Origin: a virus
Length of the DNA stretch: 64,000 nucleotides
Direction: 5' to 3' (one strand)
IMG/VR virus record: IMGVR_UViG_3300030103_002259
Location: 19,392 to 83,391 of that record
Position numbers and translations under genes: made by a program. The notes under the pieces were generated by a model, which was not told the DNA's origin, did no database searches, and saw only the letters and a list, made by a program, of their open reading frames with translations. Shown one piece after another: positions 32,096 to 42,078 of the stretch (its first letter is position 1; each line of letters begins with the position of its first letter).

Positions 32096-33985
32096 TTAAT
32101 CTCCTATTTTTTGTATAAAGAATTCAAAGTAATCACTAGTAGCTAAGTAACTACTTAAATACTCCCATCTTGGATTAGGTTGACTGGGAGATGAAGGATC
32201 TTCATCATTAATAAACATTCCTAATTTAACTTCTAAAACATCACCATCTTTTAATACAACCCCTAATGCTGTTCCCGATAATGTACATTTTGAAATGGAA
32301 TTATTTGGAGCAAATGAATCATTTGCATATAATTCACAAGATCCTGGTGCAGCTACATTCTGTATAGCTGATATTACAGTAATTCTAGGATTCGCTTTAG
32401 TTAAAGAACTCACTACAACTCTTGCTATATTATTAGAACCCTGAAAAACAGTAGCTCCATTGCTTAAGTCATGTGAGCTAAAAGTTCCTGTATAACTAAT
32501 CATCTCAGCTGAAACTATCACACCAGCAGTAGCTGTTATATCAATAAACATAGTACCATTAGGAAAATTGACCTGTACAAGTCCATCTACATAAGTAGAA
32601 ACACTTGGGGTACCTCCAACTAGTACATTAACACCAGCTGGGGTGTCATTAGATGATAAGTTATCACCACCGTACCAACCTTTACCTGTTCCAAAAAATG
32701 TACCAGAAGTTGCAGGTTCAGGAGCCGCAGGAGAACCAGAAGAAGATGGTATATTACTTGTGACAGGAGCGCTTAAAACAATATTATAACATAGGTTATA
32801 TACACCGCCCATTCCTGCTGGTATTATAAAATTTCCACCAGTTATTATACCACCTGAAAATGTATCATATATATCACTGCCTGCAACACCTGGAAATTTA
32901 AAAGGACCAGGTACACCTTGGCAAAGACTATTAACTGAACCAGAATTAATATACCCATCTTTTATTAAATATAAACCACTAGTAGAGTTAATATTACTAG
33001 CGCCTCCTCCTAGAGTATTAGAACCTGTATTTCTAATTAAAGCTCTAGGTTGATTTATATTTGCAGTAAAGTTATAATTAGGTAAGCCTGTATTTTCAGT
33101 AAATGATATTGTATCACTATCTGTAAATGTTACAGTAGTAATATTTCTAAGATCACAAACTGCTATCCATAAATTCTGTATAGTTTGAGCTAATGTATTG
33201 GGAGCCGATATCCAACCAGTTGGTCCTGGATATGCACTAGACATTGTACCAACAGCTGCGTCATTACCATCTACAATAGAAGCTGAAGCAGCAGTTATAC
33301 AAGATGGATTAAAAACACTTAATAAATCAGATGCGGTTCCAGAAGAACCTAGTATGACATCAATTGTTGCACAATAACCTATTGTAGCATCATTCACTAA
33401 ATTATCTAATACAACATCAATTGGTGCAGTAGGAGAACCTATAATGGTCTCAAAACAACCTGTTGGTATTGGAGGAATAGTAAATGAAGGAGGTGTTGCA
33501 TTTTCTAATGCAGTAACTCTAATATCAATATTAGTTATTTGATCTTGTAAACTAAGAATTTCAGTAACTAAAGAACATACTTTATTTGCAATTGCTTGTA
33601 CATAATCTACAAGCTGCATATTAGTTGTAGTTCCTTCAACAAAACAATCAGCTACTGATACAACACAATCAGGACATCCTGAATCTGTTGTAGGAGTAGA
33701 TGCAGGCACATCTTCTAATTCACATATTCTAGAAATTAATAATTGAATAAGTGCTTCAAAATTTTCTGGAGGACATGCAGCTGAGATACCTAAACAAGTT
33801 AAATCATAACTAGATACATTTGTTTGTTTCATCAATGTACATAACTCAACAGCTAATGCATAAACTACATCAGAAACAGTATCTCCTTTACAAAGCGTAA
33901 TACATTCAATATCAGGTCCTTGCCAAATAACACAGTTACTTGATATAGGAGAACAAGGTTTATTATCTAAATTTAACGGTTTCAT
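32096..33985 (-). CDS. Putative tail fibre/appendage protein (Cys-rich N-terminus, coiled coil, beta-rich C-terminus)
   Basis: CVIWQGPDI.C N-terminus, heptad segment ILSLQDQITNIDIRVTALE, and a Gly/Ser/Thr-rich C-terminal region. Confidence 0.5.
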   Translation of the reverse strand: MKPLNLDNKPCSPISSNCVIWQGPDIECITLCKGDTVSDVVYALAVELCTLMKQTNVSSYDLTCLGISAACPPENFEALIQLLISRICELEDVPASTPTTDSGCPDCVVSVADCFVEGTTTNMQLVDYVQAIANKVCSLVTEILSLQDQITNIDIRVTALENATPPSFTIPPIPTGCFETIIGSPTAPIDVVLDNLVNDATIGYCATIDVILGSSGTASDLLSVFNPSCITAASASIVDGNDAAVGTMSSAYPGPTGWISAPNTLAQTIQNLWIAVCDLRNITTVTFTDSDTISFTENTGLPNYNFTANINQPRALIRNTGSNTLGGGASNINSTSGLYLIKDGYINSGSVNSLCQGVPGPFKFPGVAGSDIYDTFSGGIITGGNFIIPAGMGGVYNLCYNIVLSAPVTSNIPSSSGSPAAPEPATSGTFFGTGKGWYGGDNLSSNDTPAGVNVLVGGTPSVSTYVDGLVQVNFPNGTMFIDITATAGVIVSAEMISYTGTFSSHDLSNGATVFQGSNNIARVVVSSLTKANPRITVISAIQNVAAPGSCELYANDSFAPNNSISKCTLSGTALGVVLKDGDVLEVKLGMFINDEDPSSPSQPNPRWEYLSSYLATSDYFEFFIQKIGD

Positions 33986-34000
33986 ATTTATGTCTAATTA

Positions 34001-34013
34001 TAATATACAAATT
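34001..34013 (-). promoter_or_regulatory. Putative late promoter motif AATTTGTATATTA
   Basis: Motif copy upstream of the 33985 start. Confidence 0.55.
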
Positions 34014-34017
34014 AATT

Positions 34018-36678
34018 TTAACAATTGCAAGTTGTGCAAATGCTTGTATTCCCACATGAACAGGAGGATTTAGATGCACAATTAAAACTAGGATCTCTAA
34101 GAGCTTGCATATCAATTAAAGTCTTTTTTAATATCCAATTTTGTAGCTCATCTGGACAACAATTAGATATACCATATCTTTCTTCTAAAGCTTTTTTATA
34201 CATTATGTCAGCAAACTCACATGTTATTTTATCATACTTATCTGCTGAAAGCACTGGTGTATTATAGCCTGGTTTTACTTTTCTATTATTTTTAAATACT
34301 GGTTGTGGACATTGACCCTCTTGACAATCTCCAAATTTTTCTAAATAAAAAATACCATTATCATATGCTTCCTTTGGTACAACATACTTAACACACATCT
34401 TACCAGTAGTTTCTCCTGGAGGTAGCTTATATGAAAAGAATACATCATCACAATCATAATACTCTACTTGGCCTGTATCATCCTCAGATACATTTGTAAT
34501 TTTAACACATTCACATTTAGCATCTGCTAGAAGACAATCAGGGCAGTCAATATATTCTGAAGCAAATGTAACTGACTCAATCATTCCTGGAGTATCAGTA
34601 GCAGCCACTTGCCAGCATCCAGTACAATTTGATATCTTAATAACCTTACCTTTATAGGCATTTAAATCAGTATCTGTATAAATTATTCTAGATGAATCTT
34701 CACAATCTGTTAATTCAAAATAGTCTGCCTTACATTTTTCACAATCATCAAATGAAGACGTTATTGTAATATCTGTATCTGTAGGTGGATTATATGTAAT
34801 TAACTCTACATAATAACACCCACAATTATCCAATTCTACAACTTTATCTACATGTGTAGATAAATCATTTGTTGTATATAAGATATCTACCGCATTATCA
34901 CAAGAGGTTAGTTTATAAGCAATAGGTCCTATACATTCAGGACAATCATCATATACTTCTAAAACAGTTACATTAGTAGGACAATCTTCACAACCAATAT
35001 TACATACAGTAGAAGCAAGGGTGCGAACAGAACTTGTTGCAGTTCCATCAGGCCATCTACCTGAACCTGGCCAAGGATTTAATAATGGACAATCAGGAAT
35101 ACCACTATTTACTATAGCTAAAGTATCTGAACTAGGAGGCGAAGGATCACCAACTGCTGATAATTTAGTTATATACCAACCGCCTACACCTACAGGATTT
35201 GACCATATAGCATATGTTTCCATGGCACCACCACCTGGTCCAGCTGTAATTTCAAACTCCCAAACCTTTTGATTATTATATACTAATCCATTAAATATTG
35301 CTGTAGTTTGATATACACCGTCTACACGTATATCAACACATAAACAAGAACCATCTATTACTTGCCAGCAACCTTCATACCCATTTAATGTTACTATTTG
35401 ATTTTGTAAAAAGTAAGGGTATAATTCAGATTCTGTATATATTACTTCTTGTGTTTCACAATTAACTAATGCAAAACATTCTATAGGGCATTCATCATCT
35501 ATACAATTTGAACCCTGATTAATAATAAACGAAGCACCTGGGGAGACAGCACCAATTGAAGGATATATACTAGAACAGAATTTACCAGGCCCCATTTGAT
35601 TAGTTACTAGATTACCATTACAATCTACATATGTAACGATACCAACTCCTGATCCTGTACCAATACCAGACTGTCCTTTAAACCCACTAGGTACAATACT
35701 TGGACTTATAGAACCAACATTTGAAGAACCTGTACTAACAATTTCATAGCATTTACAATCACAGGGAGCAGGTTTTACAGGATCTACTGAAATAGTAGCT
35801 ACAGCATTAACACACGATTCTGATGGACCTACATACCAAGTTCCAGCCATAGGCGTTCCTAAGTCATTATCTATAAGTGTTACAAATTCACCAATATAGT
35901 TAGATATATCATCTACACCATATTGATTTATATCTGATAAAACTTGAAATGTATTACCATCACAATCATATACAGTATAACAAAACTGTGGACATCCTAG
36001 ACAAGCATCAACTACAGCCTGACTATCACAATCTAAACCTGAAGTTGCTGTAGTAACTTGAGTAAAAGTTATACCCTCAGCATAAGCAGGAGCTGCACTT
36101 AAGCTATTATATTCAGTTTCAGGTATATCTTGTACCACAGTTACTGTATAACAACTACCAAACTCTATATTCTGGATATAAGATGGTGACCCTACTGATA
36201 TAAGACTTTGATTTATTTGACCTTGGAGATTGCTTAAACCACCTGTATAAAATATAGGTATAATTATTCCTAAATAATCTTGGTAATTATCCCCGCGAAA
36301 CTCAAGTGTATCATATTGCTCACAACATGGAGTAAAAACAAGTTTATTAAAACCAGGACTACAATCAGAACATGCAGCATCTTGGCAATCTACAACTGGA
36401 GTAAATACAGAATAATCAAGATCAGCAGTAAGACCAAAAAAACCATTTCCAGTAACTGTAAATGTATAGCAATCCCCTGTTATAAACTCTACTATATTAC
36501 CATTATTATCCGTTAATGTTTGGTTTGCACCAGTATATACAAATACCTCAGAACCTGGTAAAGGAGGTGTTAATGAACCAATACCACCTGTTGCAGGATC
36601 TACACTAACTAATAATGTACCTGTTTCACCACTATTACAACATCTAGTGATTTCTATATATGGTATTGTGTTAGCCAT
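34018..36678 (-). CDS. Cys-rich repeat structural protein, 886 aa
   Basis: Repeated [YF]-x-L-x-x-C...IYT...GC[WY]xV...[FY]xDCxxC units. Confidence 0.6.
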   Translation of the reverse strand: MANTIPYIEITRCCNSGETGTLLVSVDPATGGIGSLTPPLPGSEVFVYTGANQTLTDNNGNIVEFITGDCYTFTVTGNGFFGLTADLDYSVFTPVVDCQDAACSDCSPGFNKLVFTPCCEQYDTLEFRGDNYQDYLGIIIPIFYTGGLSNLQGQINQSLISVGSPSYIQNIEFGSCYTVTVVQDIPETEYNSLSAAPAYAEGITFTQVTTATSGLDCDSQAVVDACLGCPQFCYTVYDCDGNTFQVLSDINQYGVDDISNYIGEFVTLIDNDLGTPMAGTWYVGPSESCVNAVATISVDPVKPAPCDCKCYEIVSTGSSNVGSISPSIVPSGFKGQSGIGTGSGVGIVTYVDCNGNLVTNQMGPGKFCSSIYPSIGAVSPGASFIINQGSNCIDDECPIECFALVNCETQEVIYTESELYPYFLQNQIVTLNGYEGCWQVIDGSCLCVDIRVDGVYQTTAIFNGLVYNNQKVWEFEITAGPGGGAMETYAIWSNPVGVGGWYITKLSAVGDPSPPSSDTLAIVNSGIPDCPLLNPWPGSGRWPDGTATSSVRTLASTVCNIGCEDCPTNVTVLEVYDDCPECIGPIAYKLTSCDNAVDILYTTNDLSTHVDKVVELDNCGCYYVELITYNPPTDTDITITSSFDDCEKCKADYFELTDCEDSSRIIYTDTDLNAYKGKVIKISNCTGCWQVAATDTPGMIESVTFASEYIDCPDCLLADAKCECVKITNVSEDDTGQVEYYDCDDVFFSYKLPPGETTGKMCVKYVVPKEAYDNGIFYLEKFGDCQEGQCPQPVFKNNRKVKPGYNTPVLSADKYDKITCEFADIMYKKALEERYGISNCCPDELQNWILKKTLIDMQALRDPSFNCASKSSCSCGNTSICTTCNC

Positions 36679-36816
36679 TTATCTTTTACTTTTTAATTTT
36701 GCTTCATATGAGCTTGCACATGTACTGCATACTTGTTTACCATCTGAAGCTGTTCTTTTTTGACATCCACATGATAATCTTTTTCCGCAGTTCATACATC
36801 TTACTCCTGCTGCCAT
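36679..36816 (-). CDS. 45-aa Cys-rich zinc-finger-like protein (below the ORF-track cutoff)
   Basis: Translates as MAAGVRCMNCGKRLSCGCQKRTASDGKQVCSTCASSYEAKLKSKR*. It fills the gap exactly, its stop abuts the next ATG, and AAACCAAC precedes its start. Confidence 0.75.
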   Translation of the reverse strand: MAAGVRCMNCGKRLSCGCQKRTASDGKQVCSTCASSYEAKLKSKR

Positions 36817-36837
36817 AACTTGTTGGTTTAGTTTAGT

Positions 36838-37380
36838 TTAACAATGTTTACATTCTAACTTTTGTAATAGTTTTAATGCATAATTATATAATGTCATTCC
36901 AGCTTGGCTTTCATGACATGTTTCTACTTTAGCTTTTGCTGCATCTAAGTAACCTTTAATAAGCTGTAAGTATCGCAATCTTTCTTTTACTTTTGGCCGA
37001 GGATCACAATTAGACGCATCTATATCACATAATAGTTTTTCATATATACTTAATGCATGAGTCATTCTTAAATGATTATAATCAACATATACTGCACAAG
37101 ATGGATCTACTGTATATCTAATAAAGTAAATACCATCTGGTAAGCATGCATGTATTGAATCACAATTTTCAGTTTGAATTCCTAAATCACATGCTGTAAT
37201 AGAAGGAGTATCTCCTGGAGTAAACAACACTTCCGTGCTATCATTAAAACCAGGTACAGTAATTAATAAACGAGGATTGAATATTGATACCAACGGTGAA
37301 TACACACTTGTATCAAGTACTTTTAAAACACATGATGTAGTCACACTAGGTACTTCTAAACTTAATACATGATTTGCCAT
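36838..37380 (-). CDS. Putative tail hub / fibre-attachment protein
   Basis: LPDGIYFIRYTV followed by a helical C-terminus with Cys. Position after the auxiliary capsid gene matches crAss hub genes. Confidence 0.5.
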   Translation of the reverse strand: MANHVLSLEVPSVTTSCVLKVLDTSVYSPLVSIFNPRLLITVPGFNDSTEVLFTPGDTPSITACDLGIQTENCDSIHACLPDGIYFIRYTVDPSCAVYVDYNHLRMTHALSIYEKLLCDIDASNCDPRPKVKERLRYLQLIKGYLDAAKAKVETCHESQAGMTLYNYALKLLQKLECKHC

Positions 37381-37391
37381 ATTGATAAAAT

Positions 37392-37430
37392 AAAAAAGGG
37401 AGAGGAGAAAATAAATCTCACTCTCCCTTA
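37392..37430 (-). terminator. Intrinsic terminator after the auxiliary capsid gene
   Basis: AAGGGAGAG/CTCTCCCTT stem plus a T-run. Confidence 0.75.
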
Positions 37431-37449
37431 TATGAGTAATTAATTATTG

Positions 37450-38934
37450 TTACTGTTGATCTTCTGCAGCTGGTGGAATTTCTTCAGCTGGTGGAATAGG
37501 GGCAACAGCTGCTGCTACCACAACAACACTTGGGTCATCACATGCAACAATAGCTTCCTGAGTATAATCAATACAATCTTCATTACCAGCAGCAATCAAT
37601 GTATTTTGGACATCAGCTAATAATGCTTGTATATCAGCATTTAAACCAGCAGCTCCACCAGTTGGCGCAGCAATATCTAATAGATACTGATCGTTATCAA
37701 ATGTACCTGAAGGATTATTGAATCTTGGAATAGTATGTAAGATAAATGCTCTATCATATAATGCAGTTCTATCAACTTGTCCAGGACCAGTTCCTAACAT
37801 GTCATTACCTTGAGTAATCTCACGAATTCTTAAATCAGTTGCAAAAGGAATTTGTCTGTAAGATTCTGATAAGATAAAGTCTCTCAATACACTTTCACCA
37901 AGTCCTTGTGGTTTTTTACCTTCACACTCATTTACAATACAAATTCCAGTAAACTCACATGGATCACCATTTAAGTCAACTTCAGAAGCAAATAATCTTA
38001 GAGGCTCAGTTCCGTAGAAATCTGATGGTTGGAAAGTACAATCTCCAAATCTAGTTTCTTCATAAGCACCTACTAACGTTAGTCCAGCACACTCATCAGT
38101 GTAAGCAGCAGGAGTATAAGCATCAGCAGTAGTTGCAATAACTGTAGCTGGACCAACTAAACCTAAGAAGGCGTTAGTTGCAGCAACAGCAGAAAGAAGT
38201 ACAGCAGGAGCAGTTCCAGCAGGATATACTAGAGTTGTTCCATTTCCTACAGCACCGCCAGAACCAGCAGCAGTTACAGTAACTACAGGAATAACAAATG
38301 GTTCTGCATTAGTACGTCCATTAGGTCCAGAACCTGTAAGAATAACACTCTCTTGAATTCCTCTTTGCCATTCAAGCATTACAATAGCTGGGTTAACAGC
38401 TACAGGAGCAATTGAGTCATCCTCACAACATCCTGTATAAGCAGTAACTTCTTGATATGCTTGACGATTTAACATTCTCAATGCAGGGGATCCTTTTACA
38501 TCTACTCTTAAGTGATAGTTTTCACCACATAAGAAAGTTGGACAGCAGTTTGGATCTCCAGCAGTAAATGGTGTAGTACCAATATGTAAAATAGACTGTT
38601 GAGCAGGATTTGCTCTTTGAGTCCATATTTTACTGATATACTTAGGATTAATTCCTTTTGATTTAATTGATTCTTGGTAACCACCGTGGAAAGGTCCAAT
38701 TCTGTCACTTCCATAAGGAGCACCAGATGCAACAACAAATTGACATGTAGTTGCTTCATCACCAGCACCAGCTGCACCAACATTAAGTGGTGTCCACTGT
38801 CTTGCATCATACAAAGATAATTGTCCTGAAGTTAGTTCACCACTAGTAGCAGTAGTAGCTGGAGGTGCTGCTACAGGAGCAATATACTCAGACATAATGA
38901 ATGTCTTTCTAAAAGCATTGTTAAAATAAGCCAT
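37450..38934 (-). CDS. Putative auxiliary capsid (decoration) protein
   Basis: 494 aa, Ala/Gly/Pro-rich, with its own promoter motif and terminator, consistent with high expression. Call rests on crAss-like synteny. Confidence 0.55.
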   Translation of the reverse strand: MAYFNNAFRKTFIMSEYIAPVAAPPATTATSGELTSGQLSLYDARQWTPLNVGAAGAGDEATTCQFVVASGAPYGSDRIGPFHGGYQESIKSKGINPKYISKIWTQRANPAQQSILHIGTTPFTAGDPNCCPTFLCGENYHLRVDVKGSPALRMLNRQAYQEVTAYTGCCEDDSIAPVAVNPAIVMLEWQRGIQESVILTGSGPNGRTNAEPFVIPVVTVTAAGSGGAVGNGTTLVYPAGTAPAVLLSAVAATNAFLGLVGPATVIATTADAYTPAAYTDECAGLTLVGAYEETRFGDCTFQPSDFYGTEPLRLFASEVDLNGDPCEFTGICIVNECEGKKPQGLGESVLRDFILSESYRQIPFATDLRIREITQGNDMLGTGPGQVDRTALYDRAFILHTIPRFNNPSGTFDNDQYLLDIAAPTGGAAGLNADIQALLADVQNTLIAAGNEDCIDYTQEAIVACDDPSVVVVAAAVAPIPPAEEIPPAAEDQQ

Positions 38935-38964
38935 TTTTTTTCTTTTTTAAATTTTATAAATAAA

Positions 38965-38987
38965 TAATATACTATAATATACTAAAA
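38965..38987 (-). promoter_or_regulatory. Tandem putative late promoter motifs (TAGTATATTA twice)
   Basis: Two adjacent copies upstream of the auxiliary capsid gene. Confidence 0.6.
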
Positions 38988-39012
38988 GTTTTTTAATTAA
39001 TCAAACCTAAGA

Positions 39013-39711
39013 TTAATTATTTCTTTCAGCCTCTTGCTGACCTCTAGAATACTGATTTCCAGATTCTATATCTCCAGCTATTATACTTACAGCTTCGTCA
39101 ATAATTAATTCTACAATGTCATCTTTAAACTCAGAAGTAACATCTGTAGTAGATTCAACTTCAGTATATGGATTTATACAACCTTTAACTTGAATTAATC
39201 TAGGCTGTCTATAGTAAGTAAGTTCTGATTTAGATATTTCAAAGTCTGCGTTAGTATAAATGTTTATACCATCATCAGTTAAAGTAGCAAATGTTTCCGC
39301 CCAAGAAAAACTAGGTTGTTTAGATTTATCTCTCAAAAGCTGATTAAGATTTTCTTCTTCTGCTAAATAGACAGTCATTCTTCTATTTTCACAACAACCT
39401 TTACATGCGTTAACATCAAGCCTTTTCCACTGTAAATAATCTTTAGGTACAGGACCTCTATAATAAATATCTTCTTCTTGAAGTAAAATTGGATCCTGAA
39501 CTAATATAACCTGAAGATCATCTTTTCTTCTGGTAGATTGCTCATCACCTTCTCTTAATGTATTAATACCATGCAGCTGTCTTCTGCACCACTCTACTTG
39601 AGCTTTGTTAAAAGCCTCAACTATTTGCCAGCACAAAACATTATCATAATCTTGACTATCAAGTTTATTGAGCCTTTCTTTAATTTTTATTGTAAGTGTG
39701 CTATTTAACAT
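39013..39711 (-). CDS. Tail ring / head-tail connector protein
   Basis: LNKLDSQ...FNKAQ, LTYYRQP and ELIIDEAV motifs typical of crAss ring proteins. Confidence 0.65.
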   Translation of the reverse strand: MLNSTLTIKIKERLNKLDSQDYDNVLCWQIVEAFNKAQVEWCRRQLHGINTLREGDEQSTRRKDDLQVILVQDPILLQEEDIYYRGPVPKDYLQWKRLDVNACKGCCENRRMTVYLAEEENLNQLLRDKSKQPSFSWAETFATLTDDGINIYTNADFEISKSELTYYRQPRLIQVKGCINPYTEVESTTDVTSEFKDDIVELIIDEAVSIIAGDIESGNQYSRGQQEAERNN

Positions 39712-39881
39712 TACTTCTTTTTCTTTCTTTTAGCGGCAATCTTTTTAAAAGTCTTAGCAAGTGTTTTAGCTTTACCTGTACAAGTCTTCTTTGTAATAGG
39801 TGTGCATTTACCTTTAGTACCTCTCTTCTTAATAGAAGCACTAACTTTTTGCATCCACTTTTTATCTTTCTTTTTCGCCAT
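39711..39881 (-). CDS. 56-aa Lys-rich protein (below the ORF-track cutoff)
   Basis: Translates as MAKKKDKKWMQKVSASIKKRGTKGKCTPITKKTCTGKAKTLAKTFKKIAAKRKKKK*, with a TAATG overlap into the next gene. Confidence 0.8.
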   Translation of the reverse strand: MAKKKDKKWMQKVSASIKKRGTKGKCTPITKKTCTGKAKTLAKTFKKIAAKRKKKK

Positions 39882-39883
39882 AT

Positions 39884-40378
39884 TTAAATTCTTGATCTAT
39901 AGCGTTTTGTTTTACCGTCTCTATATATTTTTTCTTTTCTAACCCCTCTTGTTTTACCTCTATTATTAGTTCTAGATCTTGATGACATTTCTGAACTTGA
40001 AATTAAATTACCAGCTTTATCATACGTCCTAAAGTCATCAGTAATTTTTTCTTTTGATCTTGATCTTGTATTATCTCTTCTATTAGTTCTAGACTTTATA
40101 TTTCTATAATAACTATCATCATTTGTAGTATAACCACCTTTATTTTCACCTGTAAAATTGGTTATTTTAGATTTACCTATACCCGTTCTTGTAAGTTCAG
40201 ATTTTCTTCTAGTACCTCTTCTATTAGTATTACCACTTCTATCTTCAACGGTATTCATCTCTCTATTACTTTCAACTTGACCACTCCAGGTACCTCCTTG
40301 CTGAAGCATAGGTTTTGGCTTTTGTCTAGATTCTCTAAAGAATCTTAAAACTTCTGTAGGGTTAGCTTTATTTTTCAT
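39884..40378 (-). CDS. Arg/Lys-rich protein with LQQGG motif and internal SRTNxRG repeats
   Basis: Likely start is MKNKANP at 40378, downstream of the promoter motif at 40456. RTNRR/RTNNRG-type repeats. Confidence 0.65.
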   Translation of the reverse strand: MKNKANPTEVLRFFRESRQKPKPMLQQGGTWSGQVESNREMNTVEDRSGNTNRRGTRRKSELTRTGIGKSKITNFTGENKGGYTTNDDSYYRNIKSRTNRRDNTRSRSKEKITDDFRTYDKAGNLISSSEMSSRSRTNNRGKTRGVRKEKIYRDGKTKRYRSRI

Positions 40379-40455
40379 AGTTATTTTAATAATCCCAGTA
40401 AATAAAGATTTGATCATTCTCTTCTTCTGGATCTTTAAAAGTTTTGTTCATATAT

Positions 40456-40468
40456 CAATATACAAAAA
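40456..40468 (-). promoter_or_regulatory. Putative promoter motif TTTTTGTATATTG
   Basis: Variant copy in the only sizeable gap of the basic-protein array. Confidence 0.5.
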
Positions 40469-40756
40469 TTAGCAATTCCATTTACGTAGAGATTTGTTAA
40501 TTCTTGAATTAGGATCATTCTTTTTCTTAGATCCTGTCATCTTCTTTTTCATACCTGACATTCTAGCACAAAAACTTTTTCTTCTCTTAGCAGCTTTACT
40601 ATTTTTTTTAAGTTTAGAAGGTTTTGTTGTAACAGCAGTTTTAAGTTTACTTCCAGGGTTAGCCTTTCTGTAAGAAGCAACACCTTTTTTATTTAAGCCA
40701 CCTGACTTACTTTTACCTTCCTTCCTAGTCCAAGCTGGAGTTTTTTTAGTTGCCAT
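40469..40756 (-). CDS. Small basic phage protein (DUF6321-like)
   Basis: PAWTRKEGK..GGLN.KG..SY...RRKSFCARM...DPNSRINKSLRKWNC is a family I recognise from aquatic phages. Confidence 0.7.
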   Translation of the reverse strand: MATKKTPAWTRKEGKSKSGGLNKKGVASYRKANPGSKLKTAVTTKPSKLKKNSKAAKRRKSFCARMSGMKKKMTGSKKKNDPNSRINKSLRKWNC

Positions 40757-40772
40757 AATTTAAAACATTCTT

Positions 40773-41399
40773 TTAAAATCGTAATTTTCTTTTAACTTTA
40801 TTTTTAATTCTTTTTAGTTTAGCTTTAACTTTACCGTTACCGCCAATATTCAAGCCGTTACCACTACGTTTTGGACCAGACATACATTTACCCTTAACTA
40901 CCTTACCACCTCTACAACCACCACCTCTAACTGCAGCACCTCCTAGTTGCATATACTGACCACCTAATTTTTGTTCTTTAATGTCATTAAAATACCCTAG
41001 TACTGCTGCGGGGTTTGTCATATTACCACCCATTTGCATTTTGCTTCTAATTTTTTTAGAATTCTTTTTAAAAGATTCAGTATCAGCCATTTTAGGAGAT
41101 GGACCTAAACCTGACTTTCCATAAACCATTTTTATAGCCTTAGTTTTTATAGGATCCTTTAATGTTTTACGTTTTTTACCCATTGGTCTAGCTATAGACA
41201 TACCCATCTGAGCTTTAGGTAATTTAGGTTTAGTGTGACCATAACCCTTCTTTTTCATACGGGTATGATCAGCCATAACTTTTGCTTTATAACCCTTTCC
41301 TGTTTTAGGATCATACATCATATGAGGTTTAAACTTCTTCTTAGCAGCACTCTTTTTAGCACCACCTTTACTATATAAACTTTTTGGCATTGTATTCAT
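40773..41399 (-). CDS. Lys/Gly-rich basic protein with multiple xQxGG motifs
   Basis: Motifs YSKGG, LPKAQMG, MQMGG, QKLGG and MQLGG, plus a KFKPHMMYDPKTGKG module. Confidence 0.7.
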   Translation of the reverse strand: MNTMPKSLYSKGGAKKSAAKKKFKPHMMYDPKTGKGYKAKVMADHTRMKKKGYGHTKPKLPKAQMGMSIARPMGKKRKTLKDPIKTKAIKMVYGKSGLGPSPKMADTESFKKNSKKIRSKMQMGGNMTNPAAVLGYFNDIKEQKLGGQYMQLGGAAVRGGGCRGGKVVKGKCMSGPKRSGNGLNIGGNGKVKAKLKRIKNKVKRKLRF

Positions 41400-41668
41400 T
41401 ATTTTCTTTTTTTAGTTGTTTTTCTTTTTCTAACTGAACTAGTTCTATTACCCATACCAACTCTTTTCTTTTCAGCAACAACAGAAGCTTTTCTAGAACC
41501 TAAACCGCCCCATGTCACTGGAGTTTTTTTAGAAACTTTTTTGCTAGGTCTACATTTTTTGACGGCTTTATTCTTAGAGGATCCGCACTTATTGCCTTTT
41601 TCATCAGTCCACTTTTCTTTGAACCAACGTTTTAATGCTGCACCTTTAGCTGTCTTTCTAACCGCCAT
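41399..41668 (-). CDS. Small basic phage protein (LKRWFKEKW family)
   Basis: LKRWFKEKW..G.KCG...KCRPSKKVSKKTPVT; DUF5872-like by recollection. Confidence 0.6.
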   Translation of the reverse strand: MAVRKTAKGAALKRWFKEKWTDEKGNKCGSSKNKAVKKCRPSKKVSKKTPVTWGGLGSRKASVVAEKKRVGMGNRTSSVRKRKTTKKRK

Positions 41669-41877
41669 TATCTTTTCTTTTTGCTCTTACCAGCTTTTCT
41701 TTTTCTACACTTAGCAATCATACCACTAGCATAAGCAGAAGGAAATACTTTATGAGCTCTTTTAGCTGCATAGTAACAAGAGTCTTTTTTACTCTTAGTT
41801 TTTTTCTTTTTAGATCCTCCTTTTCTAAAGAATTCTAAAATTTCACCGTCCGTATTTATTCTACTATAATTAGGCAT
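41668..41877 (-). CDS. Small basic phage protein (KDxCY...FPSAYASG family)
   Basis: KDSCYYAAKRAHKVFPSAYASGMIAKCRK; DUF5872-like by recollection. Confidence 0.6.
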   Translation of the reverse strand: MPNYSRINTDGEILEFFRKGGSKKKKTKSKKDSCYYAAKRAHKVFPSAYASGMIAKCRKRKAGKSKKKR

Positions 41878-41879
41878 AA

Positions 41880-42068
41880 CTATAAGCTTCTTCTTAATGA
41901 GGCACCTCTGATAACTTTACCTTTGCCACATGAGCCACCATACTTTAATTGTTGTCCTTGAATAGTTCTTGGATTATTACTATATCTAGCCATAGTCTTA
42001 CCTGGGTAAGGATTTTGACCTCCATTTTTCATTTTGTGGGCACCGCCACATTTCATACATTTTGGCAT
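41880..42068 (-). CDS. Small basic protein with xKxGG motifs and C-terminal SLRRS
   Basis: MKCGG, MKNGG, LKYGG and GASLRRSL. Confidence 0.65.
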   Translation of the reverse strand: MPKCMKCGGAHKMKNGGQNPYPGKTMARYSNNPRTIQGQQLKYGGSCGKGKVIRGASLRRSL

Positions 42069-42078
42069 ATCTTATATT

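Noticed and set aside
18997-38810. Nested minus-strand alternative-frame ORFs (18997, 24386, 38508)
   Set aside because: They are short, fully inside well-supported genes, and have no start context or motifs.
40381-40450. Possible leader hairpin (AAAGAT...ATCTTT)
   Set aside because: The stem is short, AT-rich and mismatched, so it cannot be told from chance.
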